Assembly (NCBI RefSeq): GCF_002113885.1
Contig: NW_018407979.1
Coordinates: 656,226 to 720,225 of the forward strand
Source: Mizuhopecten yessoensis
Lineage: Eukaryota
DNA length: 64,000 nucleotides
Direction: 5' to 3'
Made by a program: the position numbers and the translations under genes. How positions within the stretch are numbered: the stretch's first letter is position 1; every line of letters starts with the position of its first letter. Below, piece by piece: positions 12,430 through 24,465 of this stretch. Under the pieces are notes generated by a model. That model saw nothing but the letters and a program-made list of their open reading frames with translations. It ran no database searches and was not told the origin of the DNA.

Positions 12430-13770
12430 TGTAGACTTGAAAATGTCATCTACGTACATGCACTACCCATATTCAATAACAAGGTAAATGGACACAGTAA
12501 ATATTTATCATCAATACACACAGTCAATACACAGAGACAATATTCACGTCAATACCCACCGTCAACATACACAGTCAATACAGACAGTCAATATACACGG
12601 TCAACATACACAGTCAATACCCACAGTCAATATACACGGTCAACATACACAGTCAATACCCACAGTCAATACAGACAGTCAATATACACGGTCAAATATA
12701 CACAGTCAATACAGACATTCAATATACACGGTCAAATATACAGTCAATACAGGTAGTCAATACCCACAATAAATACTATTCAATTATAGCCTTTGGCTGA
12801 GGTCGATACCTGTATTTATCAACCCGAGAAAAGATATATTAACCGAGGACGCAGTTAAAGTTAAAGGCTACAATTGATTTATTATTTTACAATATCATGT
12901 TAGCAATCTGAAAAAAACTCAACGAAAAAGCTTCGGAAGTGGGACGGTGCATCGTTTGGAGACACGTCATAATTTTATTTTTAGAAACACCCAGTCCTTC
13001 AACAAAAATCACGCGCTCCAAGTCAATATCGGTTTTTATCGGTGGACACGTGTTGCACTCCTGGCCAATCTCTTGTCGGAAATAATATGAAAAAATAATA
13101 AAATGTAAATAAAATGTCAATACAAGCAGTCATGACCTAAGACAATACAAAGCAATACAGGTAGTCAATACCCGCAGTAAATCGATGAAAATAAAATGTC
13201 AATACAAGCGGTCAATAACCTAGGTCAATACAAAACAGTACAGAAAGTCAATACCCACAGTCAACACAATGTCAATACTATTCAATTATAGCCTCTTGCT
13301 GAGGTCGATACCTGGATTTATCGACCCGAGAAAAGATATATTGACCTGGGACTGCGTCCTCAGTCAATATATCTTTTATCGGGTCGATAAATCCAGGTAT
13401 TAACCGAAGTTAAAGGCTACAATTGTTTTATTATTTTACAAAACGGTAATGTAAGCAATCTGGAAAAAAAACCTTCGGAAGTGGGACGGTGCATTGTTTG
13501 GAGACACGTCATAATTCTATTTTTAGAAACACCAAGTCCTTCAACAAAAATCACGCGCTCCAAGTCAATATCGGTTTTTATCGGTGGACATGTGATGCAC
13601 TCCTGGCTAATCACTTGTCAGGTATGTAAAAATAATACAGGAAGTCAATACCATCAGTCAATACAATGTCAATACTGGAAGTCAATACCCACAGTTAACA
13701 CAATGTCAATACAGGAAGTGAATACCCACAGTCAACACAATGTCAATGCACGGTCATCACACATGGTTAA
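12430..13770. repeat. Complex satellite in an ASL intron: a 13-bp microsatellite (CAGTCAATACNCA)n, a duplicated unit of about 250 bp, and a 40-bp perfect inverted repeat
   Basis: Microsatellite tracts at 12500-12770, 13130-13270 and 13640-13760. Two copies of a roughly 530-bp higher-order unit: 12775-13100 and 13277-13620 share the blocks ctattcaattatagcc... and ...ggaagtgggacggtgcat...cgcgctccaagtcaatatcggtttttatcggtggaca. A 13300-13400 hairpin pairs ATACCTGGATTTATCGACCCGAGAAAAGATATATTGAC with its reverse complement. Confidence 0.85.
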
Positions 13771-14096
13771 TAAGCAAGGTCACCAGGTAAGGTCAATATA
13801 CTTAATAACGACCACAAGCTGCTTTAATTAATGCTATGTAAAGTGTGACTGGTGAAATTGTTCAACGTTAAGGCGAGCTTCGCTGCTCGCTGTATTATCT
13901 GTTGTTTAAATGTTTTTTCATTATTATTTTTTACGGAAAGTTCAGAACATTTTTGAAACTAGAAAATAAAACATAACGTTTTTGTATTTGTAATGGTCAA
14001 CTATAGCCAGCTATAAGAGGGAACACAGAAGCATGTTGGTCTCTGTAACGTTCGGCTAGTCAATATCTATATTACTTTGTTTTCGTTATCTTCTAG

Positions 14097-14174
14097 TTAT
14101 GCCTGGATGTTAAAAAGAGACGTAGAGCGACTTATGGAACTATCTGAGAGGGTTAACATCCTACCACTTGGAAG
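14097..14174 (+). CDS. ASL: ASL exon (SYAWMLKRDVERLMELSERVNILPLG)
   Basis: Aligns to [27 protein letters not shown]. Acceptor ttctag|, donor AG|gtatgt. Confidence 0.82.
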
Positions 14175-14308
14175 GTATGTTGTTCTGTTCGAGGATCCTT
14201 TGACAAATAGAAATAACAGTTTTGATCACTAGAGAACATATATGAATCTTCCTGTATTATGTATTACTAGCAGTATCAAACATTAAATAAGAATCTTATA
14301 TCTTCCAG

Positions 14309-14361
14309 TGGGGCACTGGCAGGGAACCCTTTCGCTGTGGACAGAGACTTTCTAGCAAAAG
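14309..14361 (+). CDS. ASL: ASL exon (SGALAGNPFAVDRDFLAK)
   Basis: Aligns to SGAIAGNPLGVDRELLRAE. Acceptor cttccag|, donor G|gtagta. Confidence 0.82.
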
Positions 14362-14798
14362 GTAGTACATTGTATCACGAGTACCACTGTGATTACAACC
14401 TAAACCAATTTTGAGAATTAACCATGGTTAATATCACCATTGTGATGTCAAATCAAACATTACAGACATGACGTCATTCCACTATGACGTCACATTGTGA
14501 AAATATTCGACATAAGTAAAACGGTAAAGTGGAAGGGATTTAGAGAATTGCTTGTATTTAACGAATATACGAAAAGGGTAATCTGATAAAACATAATTCT
14601 AAATTTGTTCCCATTTATTCTGATTCCGTTAATCTCAACGATAAAATTGGTTCTTGTTGGAGATATATCTTATTTTCTTTATGATAAGTTTATTAACAAG
14701 TTGTTCTCTTATTGGAAATAAATGTGTAACGTATTGATGAAAATACAGCAGATTTTACATGAATTTGTGAGATATAACATTGTTATTATAACAAATTG

Positions 14799-14870
14799 TT
14801 TTTTTCAGAACTTGGATTCAGTCAGATATCAGGCAATAGTTTAGATGCAGTCAGCGACCGGGATTTTGTG
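14799..14870 (+). CDS. ASL: ASL exon (ELGFSQISGNSLDAVSDRDFV)
   Basis: Aligns to [23 protein letters not shown]. Acceptor tttttcag|, donor G|gtaaga. Confidence 0.82.
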
Positions 14871-15129
14871 GGTAAGACATTATTTTGATAGGTTTGCTTT
14901 GCTATGTATTCACAATATTTCCATAGTTGGTGGTTTATAAAATAATGGCCTGTCAATCAATCGCTATATCCTGGTTAACAGGTACAGGATGTAAAACTGT
15001 TACTACATCTATAATATAAATTGATTGTATTATAGTTTGATAATTACTTTTCGCATTTTAATAGTTAACACACGTGTTTTTGTTTGATTACCTAGTTCAT
15101 TATTTTATTATAACATCGGAGTACCAGTT

Positions 15130-15710
15130 GTAGGTCAAAGTGTTGAATAATACATTAATTTATTGTCACACCAGAGAACCAGTGTTGGTTCTCTGTATTA
15201 TACAGTATATCCTTTCATTGCCACAAGGAGTAATTCATCTGGGGAAGGAAATTGTCACAGCAGAGTACCTGGTCTGTGCTTCCTTTTTGGATAAAACATT
15301 GTTTTATTCTTAAAATGGGAGATCTGCACTGGTTCTCCGTATTAGGTAGCATCTTATTTTATAGCTGTACGGAATACCTATTCTTGGCCTCTTATTGTAA
15401 CGGTGGAATCCATGTTCTGTTTCTCGTTATCATGTGGTATACCATTATTTGTCAATGAGAGTACCTGCTCTTGTCCTTTTCTGCGGATAACTATCTGTTT
15501 TATTACCCCATAGAGTACCTGTCTAGGCTCTCATTTATAGATAAATCATTGTTGTAAAGTCTTAGTAGAGCGCCTGTCCCTGTTAGCTAGTACATGTATA
15601 TCATGTTATTGCCGCGAGGAGTACCTGTCCTGGGCCTCCTGTTATTGTCACAGAGAAATACCTGTTCTGAGACCCCTTTTTGATGAATAATTGTTTTGTT
15701 CTCGCAGCGG
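15130..15710 (+). repeat. Tandem array of about 8 degenerate copies of the ASL exon-I acceptor plus exon start ((A)GAGTACCTGTYCTGGGCCTC), lying in the intron immediately upstream of the real exon
   Basis: Copies at about 15136, 15263, 15372, 15461, 15521, 15571, 15621 and 15673. The genuine acceptor and exon (gcagCGGAGTACCTGTTCTGGGCCTCT) is at 15705. Units run 50-60 bp and are interleaved with ttttggataaaacattgttttatt-like spacers. Confidence 0.8.
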
Positions 15711-15822
15711 AGTACCTGTTCTGGGCCTCTATGTTAGGGATTCACCTGAGTAGATGGGCAGAGGATCTTATTCTTTACTGCAGTAAAGAGTTCGGTTTCA
15801 TATCACTGTCGGATGCCTACAG
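15708..15822 (+). CDS. ASL: ASL exon ([38 protein letters not shown])
   Basis: Aligns to [38 protein letters not shown]. Acceptor ctcgcag|, donor AG|gtaagt. Confidence 0.88.
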
Positions 15823-16273
15823 GTAAGTACTAGTTTGTCATGACTGGCAATTTCAATCAAACTGATTTCTCGTCATGCAATAGAGAGAATATTTGTGGAC
15901 TTTGGTTCGGAAATACTCACCTTTAGTTGATATATTATTTACAAGTTTCCCTTTGAATTAAACTATATTTTCATGAGTGAAGAACTAATATATTATTCAT
16001 CTGTGTAATAGCCTGTCATCGCGTGCGAGTTTGATATGTTCTATACTCTAGGGGGGAATATTAGAAGTCCCGATCTTGTTAACATGGAAACGTAAGAAAG
16101 GATGTTCTGTCAACAGGTATAAAAATCACGATGTCGAATTTTTCGACGTCGAGTGTGCTATTTTGTTTGTTTCACTATGTATGACTTTTCTTTCAGGAGA
16201 ATATTTATATAAAACAAGTGCCATATAAGGTTGAAGTATTTATGTTGTCATGCTTAACTAAAACGACGCTTAA

Positions 16274-16513
<240 letters not shown>

Positions 16514-16755
16514 TGAAAAAAATAAATAAAAAATCATACCCTTATATCATACAGAGCAAAAATATTGCATTTAATATATGAAACTCATTAATTCTTTTAC
16601 GCAAATCAATCGTAAAGTAATTTAGCGCGTGTACAATCCAATGTTTCAATAATTGCAAAAATGCACAAGAGTTTTGCTTTTTCAATGCGTTACGTATTTG
16701 TTTAAGATATATCGGGCTTAAAAGTATAATACTTTTTTCATTTGCGTGTTTTCAG

Positions 16756-16815
16756 TTTTCAGGTTTTATGATGACACTGAAGGGTTTACCTAGTACATAT
16801 AATAAAGATTTACAG
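16756..16815 (+). CDS. ASL: ASL exon (FSGFMMTLKGLPSTYNKDLQ)
   Basis: Conserved LMTLKGLPSTYNKDLQ. First of two tandem ttttcag acceptors. Donor CAG|gtacgt. Anchored on ORF 16768..16968. Confidence 0.88.
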
Positions 16816-17180
16816 GTACGTATGGCATTATACAATACGTTAATCATCATTCCCTTTATTAACTTTGATTTGACACAATCGGTTAGCCATTATTGGCTAG
16901 TGGAGTTGCATTCGTTTCAAAAATCTCAATTTTCGTTTATATCAATATATATTATAAAACTAGGGTGAGGATATAAAACTAGGATACATTTTTACGTAAT
17001 TATTCTCTCTAACATTTTAATATACTTTGAATAAACGAAGTATCTGATATAAAGCACTTTGTTCTTCATTTTGTGCCAAACTACATCTGTCACTATTTCC
17101 CTGAACAACAGGGTGTCAGACTTACCAATATATGCTCCTTGACCCTCTTTAATAATATGTGTTTAATGCTTTTCAAACAG

Positions 17181-17264
17181 GAAGATAAAGAGAGCATGTT
17201 CGATACCTATACTACTCTCAGTGGTGTACTTAAAGTATCCACAGGCGTTTTGTCTACGTTACAG
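17181..17264 (+). CDS. ASL: ASL exon (EDKESMFDTYTTLSGVLKVSTGVLSTLQ)
   Basis: Aligns to [28 protein letters not shown]. Acceptor aaacag|, donor CAG|gtaagt. Anchored on ORF 17073..17276. Confidence 0.88.
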
Positions 17265-17463
17265 GTAAGTCAATAATTTCCAAATCAAACTTCACAAACG
17301 AATTTAATGTTTCAGGTAACGCGTTTGAAACTTTTTTTTATTTAAAGTTACATGGTCAAATGGTCAAGTTAATCTCACGTTTGTTGTTTGGTGCTAAATA
17401 TAGAAAACCCTTAATTGATTCTGGACAATATCGTTTTTTTAAATCCACCACCGGTTCGGTTCC

Positions 17464-17465
<2 letters not shown>

Positions 17466-17497
<32 letters not shown>
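17466..17497 (+). repeat. Poly(G) homopolymer, about 32 nt, in an ASL intron
   Basis: Directly visible. It produces the GGGGGGGGGG run in ORF 17360..17557. Confidence 0.95.
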
Positions 17498-17848
17498 CTA
17501 TATGTTTGCACTCTGTCCTACCGTCCTTCCGTGCGAGTGTACAAGGACATCTTGTGATGACAGAGTGCAGAGTGAAAGAAAAAAATCACTATGACGTATG
17601 GCTTGACCTGTGACCCTTTGCTTTTGAACCAGTTCGTCTGGGGAATATCTTCTGTACTATTTCACCTGGAGTAACCAGATTTGGTATACAAGAAGTAGGT
17701 CACTATGACCTCAGTGTGAACTATGCTTCCTGACATACGTGTACTGTTTGTTAAATACAGAAATCGTTACCGATGGGGGACTATGGTTTGCCTTGCAATA
17801 CTTTGCCTTGTTTGTTAGGAGATGTTTTTTCTGATTGATAATTTTCAG

Positions 17849-17929
17849 ATCCACCCGGAGAAGATGAGGGGTGCGCTCAGTCCAGATATGCTAGCTACTG
17901 ACATTGCATATTACCTGGTTCGGAAGGGG
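17849..17929 (+). CDS. ASL: ASL exon ([27 protein letters not shown])
   Basis: Aligns to [27 protein letters not shown]. Acceptor attttcag|, donor GGG|gtatgt. Confidence 0.88.
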
Positions 17930-18039
17930 GTATGTTTATAAATTGTATTTTAATAAGACAGAATTCGAACATATGTTTTCTGCTTGTAAAAAAAAATAAA
18001 AAAGCTTCAACCTTCAAATTTCATAAATGCATGTGTTTC

Positions 18040-18110
18040 GTAATGACTAAAGCTACTGACATTGCATATTACCTTGCTCTGAAGGGAGTAAGCTCATAAA
18101 TTATAGTTAA
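18040..18110 (+). repeat. Partial duplicate of the 3' end of ASL exon M plus its donor region, about 190 bp downstream in the intron
   Basis: gctactgacattgcatattaccttgctctgaagggagtaagctcataaatt versus the exon gctactgacattgcatattacctggttcggaagggggtatgtttataaatt. Confidence 0.7.
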
Positions 18111-18220
18111 ATAAGACATAAACTGTTATGAGAACGAACTACATTCCAGCACTGTATTGTACCCGCTAATCATCTTGTTCTTCACAGTTCAGTAAAACAT
18201 GTAAAACACTTTGTGCTACT

Positions 18221-18413
18221 GTATAACATGAAATGTTCGTTGTGTATAACCATTCGTGGTTATTGTACCATGAAAAAAAAAAAATACAACGAAATTGAAT
18301 GATTTACCTATCTTCTGTTTGTTAATTTAGGATATCCACGAAAGTTTGTACCACGAAGCTATCTAAATGGCTTCAAACCACGAAGGAAAGTCCCCATGAA
18401 ATTTCGTGTTATA
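18221..18413. mobile_element. MITE, family B, copy 2 (in an ASL intron)
   Basis: Same TIRs (CTGTATAACATGAAATGTTCG ... GAAATTTCGTGTTATACAGT). Shares the internal motifs ...ccacgaa...aaccacga... with copy 1. Confidence 0.6.
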
Positions 18414-18670
18414 CAGTATCCATTAGTTAAGGGACTTGTACTGTATAACAATCTTTCGTGAGGGGCCTGTTCTTGAGTTGTCCAGTAAATATTTCGTGAG
18501 GATCGTTTTCGTAGAGTTGTCCAATATATGTTATATACGCTGACATATTAATACTCTTTGTGCTATCCCTTAATTAAGGAATCTGTATATTGCTATTTGG
18601 TAAGACTCTTTACTTTATATGAATTAATGTCTACTCTTCATTATAGCTTTTACTTATGTTCATTCCCTAG

Positions 18671-18777
18671 GTTCCATTCCGACAAGCACATGGTCTTTCT
18701 GGTACATGCGTGGCAATGGCGGAGACGAAACAGTGTCCGTTGTCCGATTTGACTTTAGAGGACTTAAAGAGTGTCAG
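18671..18777 (+). CDS. ASL: ASL exon ([35 protein letters not shown])
   Basis: Aligns to [35 protein letters not shown]. Acceptor ccctag|, donor AG|gtctgt. Confidence 0.85.
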
Positions 18778-19193
18778 GTCTGTATGTCGAACAAAACCAA
18801 AAGGAAAGAGTGTAGTTAATATTATATGAAACGAATCATACGAGTGTTATGACAAATCAGTTTTGCCAACTTTACGTCATTTTATAGGAAGAATGTAACA
18901 ATAACGTTAAAGGTGGCAAATCATGCATACACAAGTTAGCATTGGTTTTAAGTGTGATTTTTGGTCTTATACACCATGATAACGTAAACTCGTGAATTTT
19001 TTCTTTCCGTTCGAATATTATAACGCTTCTAAAAACGAAATGAATAACTAATTTAATAGATAATTATAAAAATCCTAAACAATCAAAACGTCTAATTAAA
19101 TAATGAATTATAAAAGATACCAAACTACGAAGAAGTTTTCACAAGATTTGGCAAGTTTTTATTGTTAAAATATTTGTTTTTATTTTGTACCAG

Positions 19194-19335
19194 CCCTTGT
19201 TTTGAGGAAGACATTGTTAAATTGTGGGACTACGACAATTCTGTCGACCAGTACAAGGCCTATGGGGGAACAGGGAAGGTCAGCGTCTCTCAGCAAATCC
19301 AAAGCCTCAGTACTTGGCTGGACAAGCTTCACTGA
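19194..19335 (+). CDS. ASL: ASL terminal exon (SPCFEEDIVKLWDYDNSVDQYKAYGGTGKVSVSQQIQSLSTWLDKLH*)
   Basis: Aligns to [36 protein letters not shown]. Acceptor tgtaccag|. TGA stop at 19333-19335. Confidence 0.85.
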
Positions 19336-22300
19336 AACTATGTGTGCTAAAATGACGTCATGGAATTCTGTAAACATGTTATTTCTTTGTATACTAAACA
19401 GAAATGGTTGCTTAAGAAATCAAAACTTTGCATTTGTAAAGTGCATTTTAAGATTAAGCAGAAAAATATCACCTATTGTATTAAATAGTCGTTATGAAGT
19501 TAAGTTATTCATACTTTGTTATTGTTTTACTGTCTGACAGTCATATTAAGAGTCCCGTACCACTGCAATGTAACTACGTCTTAGAAACCGTTTTCTTTTC
19601 TCCGACACGACACGACAATAACGTTGGTAAATTAGTTCTGAAAAGAAAACCATATCTTGCGAGATATTTATGAAAATAGTATTACGATGAAATAAAGAAA
19701 ATATAATTTAAGTGTAAAGATTTAGCTATCAGGTCAACAGGAGAGTCCTGGCCCAACTTTTTCTACGGTAGTATCCAAACAAAATTAAGGGGAGATTACT
19801 GAGTATACCAAAAACCGAAGTCCAGCGGGACAAGGATCCTTAAATGCGGGACTCTAATGATAGTTTGCAGAACCTAAATGTTCATGTTAATGTTATTACG
19901 GTCCAACTCAGTCGGGGATATTCAATATTGTGGTGGCGATCGCGTTGTCACGTACATTTGAATTTTCCCAAACAACGTTACAGTCCCGCAGTTAATTCAA
20001 CTAAAATCGCATTATAAAATATATTTATACATATGAAACATATTTAAAATGGCGACCAGTAATAGTAAAAACAAATACAATTATGTTTTTTTCTATCGTA
20101 TTGTACAGTTAAGCTTGTTAAGCTGAGTAATTACTATATGTCCTTATGTTAATGATTTTTAGTTAATTTACAATGTTAACAGTTCAGTATAAGAAGGATG
20201 ATTGTATAACTAACTACCTGGTACCCCTAATGATGGTTCGTTAATATTATACATCGGTGTTGGATATTTATTTTACAAATAAGTGCGTTCGTGCGTGCTT
20301 AAGATGCTTTTTATTTATGCTTACCGTTATTTTTTTCCTAATTGATAGTCGCATGAAATTGTCATCCAAACACACATACTAAACGGTGTGAAGGGAGCAA
20401 TGAATGTAATGTAAAATTATGATCACTTATGTATATTACACAAAAAAAAGGTTCGAAGAAAGTAGTGCATCAATACCACGTGTTTCTATTGGAATATTAG
20501 CTGGGGTTTATAAACTGAAATAATTAAATGATGGCAAAGCAATTTTATTGATCTTGTATGATTACACTTTGAATGTTACAAATTATAATTAGAACTTTAT
20601 GCAGGGATTGGTAGTAATTTAAAAACACCCACTATTTAACTTTTTAAACATTTGAAAGTATATTTCCTATTTGAAATAGTAAATAAGATAAGTTTGGAGG
20701 GAGGGATTTAAGATTTTTTCCTCTTTTCTTTCCTTTCTTCCTGAAGCAAATGATAATCATTGTTGTGAAGCAAAATATATGTATGATTAAAAGTGTTATT
20801 ATACGAGTTCTTCAGAGCATACTTACTTTTCAGTTAATAATTTAACAACCTTATTTCCTCATTTAGGTGTGAAACCTCCTGTCTATTGCGTATATACATA
20901 CATGTGTTGAATTATTTATAATGTGATTTAGTGCAATAATTTATCGTTTTACATGTGTTTGAATTTTACTCTGTGATATTATGACAATTTATACGTGAAT
21001 TAACGTATATTTAACATGTCTTTTGTTTTCCGTATATACGGGTTGAAATATTAGAAATATAAGTAGTAATATTCCTTGTAACAAATATTATAAATAAAAT
21101 CTTATGCATTATTATGTATTCTTATGTTACTGCTTAATAAAAACTAAATTGGGTTTTCTTAATCGTTTTCATTGCATCGGTTATCAGATAGAATGTACTG
21201 CTGTAAAAACTAAATAAGAAATTTTCGACATACAAATATACACAAGTGATTCACGATTACACTATAATGAAGCCTTAGATAGAATGTTGAACGCAAACAA
21301 TTAAAGTTCTGAATATGATCTTTTCAAATACAAAATCGGGCAATGACGCACTATACCACACATACCGAAGACACTCGTGTGTCCTTGCCATAGTCTATCG
21401 TATTTGCGACATTTTGTGCAATGAGGAAACAAAGAAATGCACCATCATTAAATGATTGAAGTAATATGATAGTATAGCAGGTTTCAACAATTTAAACAAC
21501 GTGTAAACATTTACATGGTTTTGTAACTACGGACTTTATCTATTAATAGTCAAGGTAGCTTTGACACCGGCACAGGTAACTTTTTTCTGTCACGTTACCT
21601 GTCAGGTTGTCTGTTCGTAATGGGTGACTCTCGGCCGTTCGCCCGTACCTTAAATGTCAAGCAGAATGCGTCAGGTATTTTGTTTCGCTAGGAAGCTAGA
21701 ATAAACCTAAAAAGGGTTGTCCCGACTACAGGGTCAGTGCATTGTCACCGTATCCTGTCTGTCGCCTTTTCTTTCATTTCTTTTTTCCTTTTTTTTGTCT
21801 TCTGGTATATATCTTATTACCACACGAAAACTTTTATTTTGAAATGAAATGGAAAGAAAAAGTGTACAGCAATATTTTGTTACATTAATTTACTTAATGT
21901 AGATGTCGACCTTATGTTTGACCCTGTCTGAATCACAGACCATCGAAATTGCATATCAGTCCTTATATATACGTGTAAAATAATAAAGAAATAATTATAT
22001 TTCTTTTTGTATTTTGCTCGCATGCTACTGATTATTCATTTTGCCAAATGCTGGACCGCCCATTTTGTGGGACCAACTTCATATTTTCCATTGGTTGCAT
22101 TTTCGTCAGACAACGAATTTCCATCATTTTTATTTTTAAATTTGACGTCACGCCATGTCAGTAAGACGATAAGATCTGAACATTTTCCAGGTTGGAGGCA
22201 TCCACGTGAAATAACAGCATTATTGGATGTTAAAAATTAGTTTTTTAACTATCCGCAATAGTTATCCAATAACGGATCTATATGAATGGTTTAATGTAAA

Positions 22301-24156
22301 ATACAAAATTAAACAGTATCTCATATGACATCAATGTTAAGTAAAACGCTGATCAAATGTTATTATTTGATAACTAAAATGTTGGAGGTGCAGCAACATT
22401 TTATGCATATGTCGAAGGAGAAAACATAAATAGAAACAAAGTTGAAAATGACAGTCATTATCTAAATGATTGAAATTTGACGAACATTTTAATAACATTT
22501 TTTTTTGTTGTTGGTAGAATTACGCAATTGAAGAGTGACAAATTAGGTGAAAGGGAGTATACTTGCAGTCCATGTTCAACTGTTTGTATTTGAGTATAAG
22601 AAGTAAACACTGGTTACTGATAATTGGGTTGAATTATCTTGTTCATGTGCATAGTGAAAATATGATAAAACGGAGTTCCACATTCCATTCTCAATCTTGG
22701 TGAACCTGGCTCACTGAGTTGCCGAATGAGATGTGTAGGGGAACAGTTAACGAGACTTAAACCCTAAGTAGATGTACATTTATTTACGGTTGAGGCATGT
22801 TTTGAAAGATTTAGATTCAATGTTCAATGTTTGTTTTATTCCGCAGGCCTTACAGCCATTAGTTGCAAATACAACATAAATATGTACATTATGAAACAGT
22901 ATTATAATTAACCCCTCAATCTATTCTTTCTTTGCATGAAATCCAAATGTACAAATTTTCCCTTTTTATTTTAGTCCTTAACATTGAGTACGCCTGATAG
23001 CCGAACAAAGTGGAATACACTAGGTTTTAGATACTGATAATTCTTAATATATGATTGAGTAGTTTTGAATGAAAGGAGCATTTTAGTAAAAAATGTAATT
23101 TTAACTTCAATTTCGGCTAAATTGCAGCATGTACACATTCTATCATGTCTCGAAATATTATCATGTCTACCTTTCTCTATTTCAAGATTATGCGATGATA
23201 GTCTAATACTTGATGAACATATTTTTATACTGAATCAATAACTTTACACAAATAATATTGTGAGCATAAATTATCACCTAAATGCTGATATAAGTACACA
23301 AATGGTAACCAAAAAATTTCGATAGCAATTTTGGTTGTATACTTACTTTTCTTATATTTTAATTGTTCAATTTTCCATCTTATTACCATACCATATATAC
23401 GCTTACCTGAATTTAGTTAATTCAGTTTTGAGATTAATAAACCTTTCGTCATTCCACTTAATTTTGTGTTATAAGCAGGCTTTTTAGACTCATCTTTTTG
23501 TACTTTTCAATTTCAACAAATATTTCAAAACTTTTAGTTTTCTTTCCTAAACAGTCGTAATTTAAAATACACAAATTCATTTTCTGTACATTTCTTGACT
23601 CGAAGTTGCTTCTTATAAAAAAATGTGTGAATTTTTTCCACATCTGGAGTTTATATGATATTTCACTTGCGCATGCCAAAAATACAAATACAGAGCGTTG
23701 AGTCTTTATATTAAAACAAGGACTTTTTAGTTTACTATTCAATAAAACAGTGAAAAACACGGGTTTCTACCTTGGTTAGCATCTTAATTTTGCGTTTGTT
23801 TTAGTTTTACGTTATGAGTGAATACTTTTCCAAGGTAGTTCAATGCATTAACCACACGTATATCCATCTAATTATAAAGCCAATATGATAAAACTAAAAA
23901 GAAGAAAAATGCAGAAAACAACTGCTACATTAGATAGTTTAATATCAGATAAGATGGACGCCATTTCCGTCTAGGTTATAATGATAATGGAAGCGACAAC
24001 CATTAGCGTCCGTCGCCAATAACACCGGAACTATAAGTCCAGTTTGGTTTATCGTTGTTCACTGAATGTCATTTAGTGAAATCAGCATTCATCACATAAT
24101 GCCTCGCCACATTCGATACACCACACGATGGCTGACCTTCTGACTTTGTCACTCTG

Positions 24157-24465
24157 TCAAACATCACAGAGTGTTGGATCACAACATTTAGTTGTAGAAA
24201 GGGACTTGTAAAGCGCGTTTAATGAGAAGTATTTGGCTATATCACACGCATTTGCATCTGGCACCAAGACGGAGTATCTGCATGCTGGACAGTCAAAGTG
24301 TTTGCCCAAATCTGATTCTTGTAGTCCATCAGATTCTATATATGATATTAAGCACTTCTCACAGAATGTATGTCTACGTGGTAACGATCTCGGCACTTGG
24401 TATTCATTATAGCACAACAGACAGAGCAAGGGTTCAGATCCCGTCATACCACTGACTGTCGCCAT
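24157..24465 (-). pseudogene. Lone RING-finger-like ORF of TRIM type (CLLCYNEY...HTFCEKC...FDCPACR). One zinc-ligand Cys is replaced by Arg, and the frame ends right after a B-box-like CCDPTLCDV
   Basis: C-x2-C...H-x2-C-x2-C...C-x2-C spacing in a 102-aa ORF starting with ATG. No downstream B-box, coiled-coil or NHL exons were found. The third Cys position reads Arg (LPRRHTFC). Confidence 0.35.

Noticed and set aside
12421-13831. ORFs of 111 aa, 94 aa and 116 aa rich in QYTQSI / VNTHSQY repeats
   Set aside because: They translate the 13-bp CAGTCAATACNCA microsatellite inside an ASL intron.
19202-19537. 111-aa + strand ORF overlapping the ASL terminal exon
   Set aside because: It is out of frame with the ASL reading frame. 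The ASL frame aligns to the conserved C-terminus and ends at TGA 19335.
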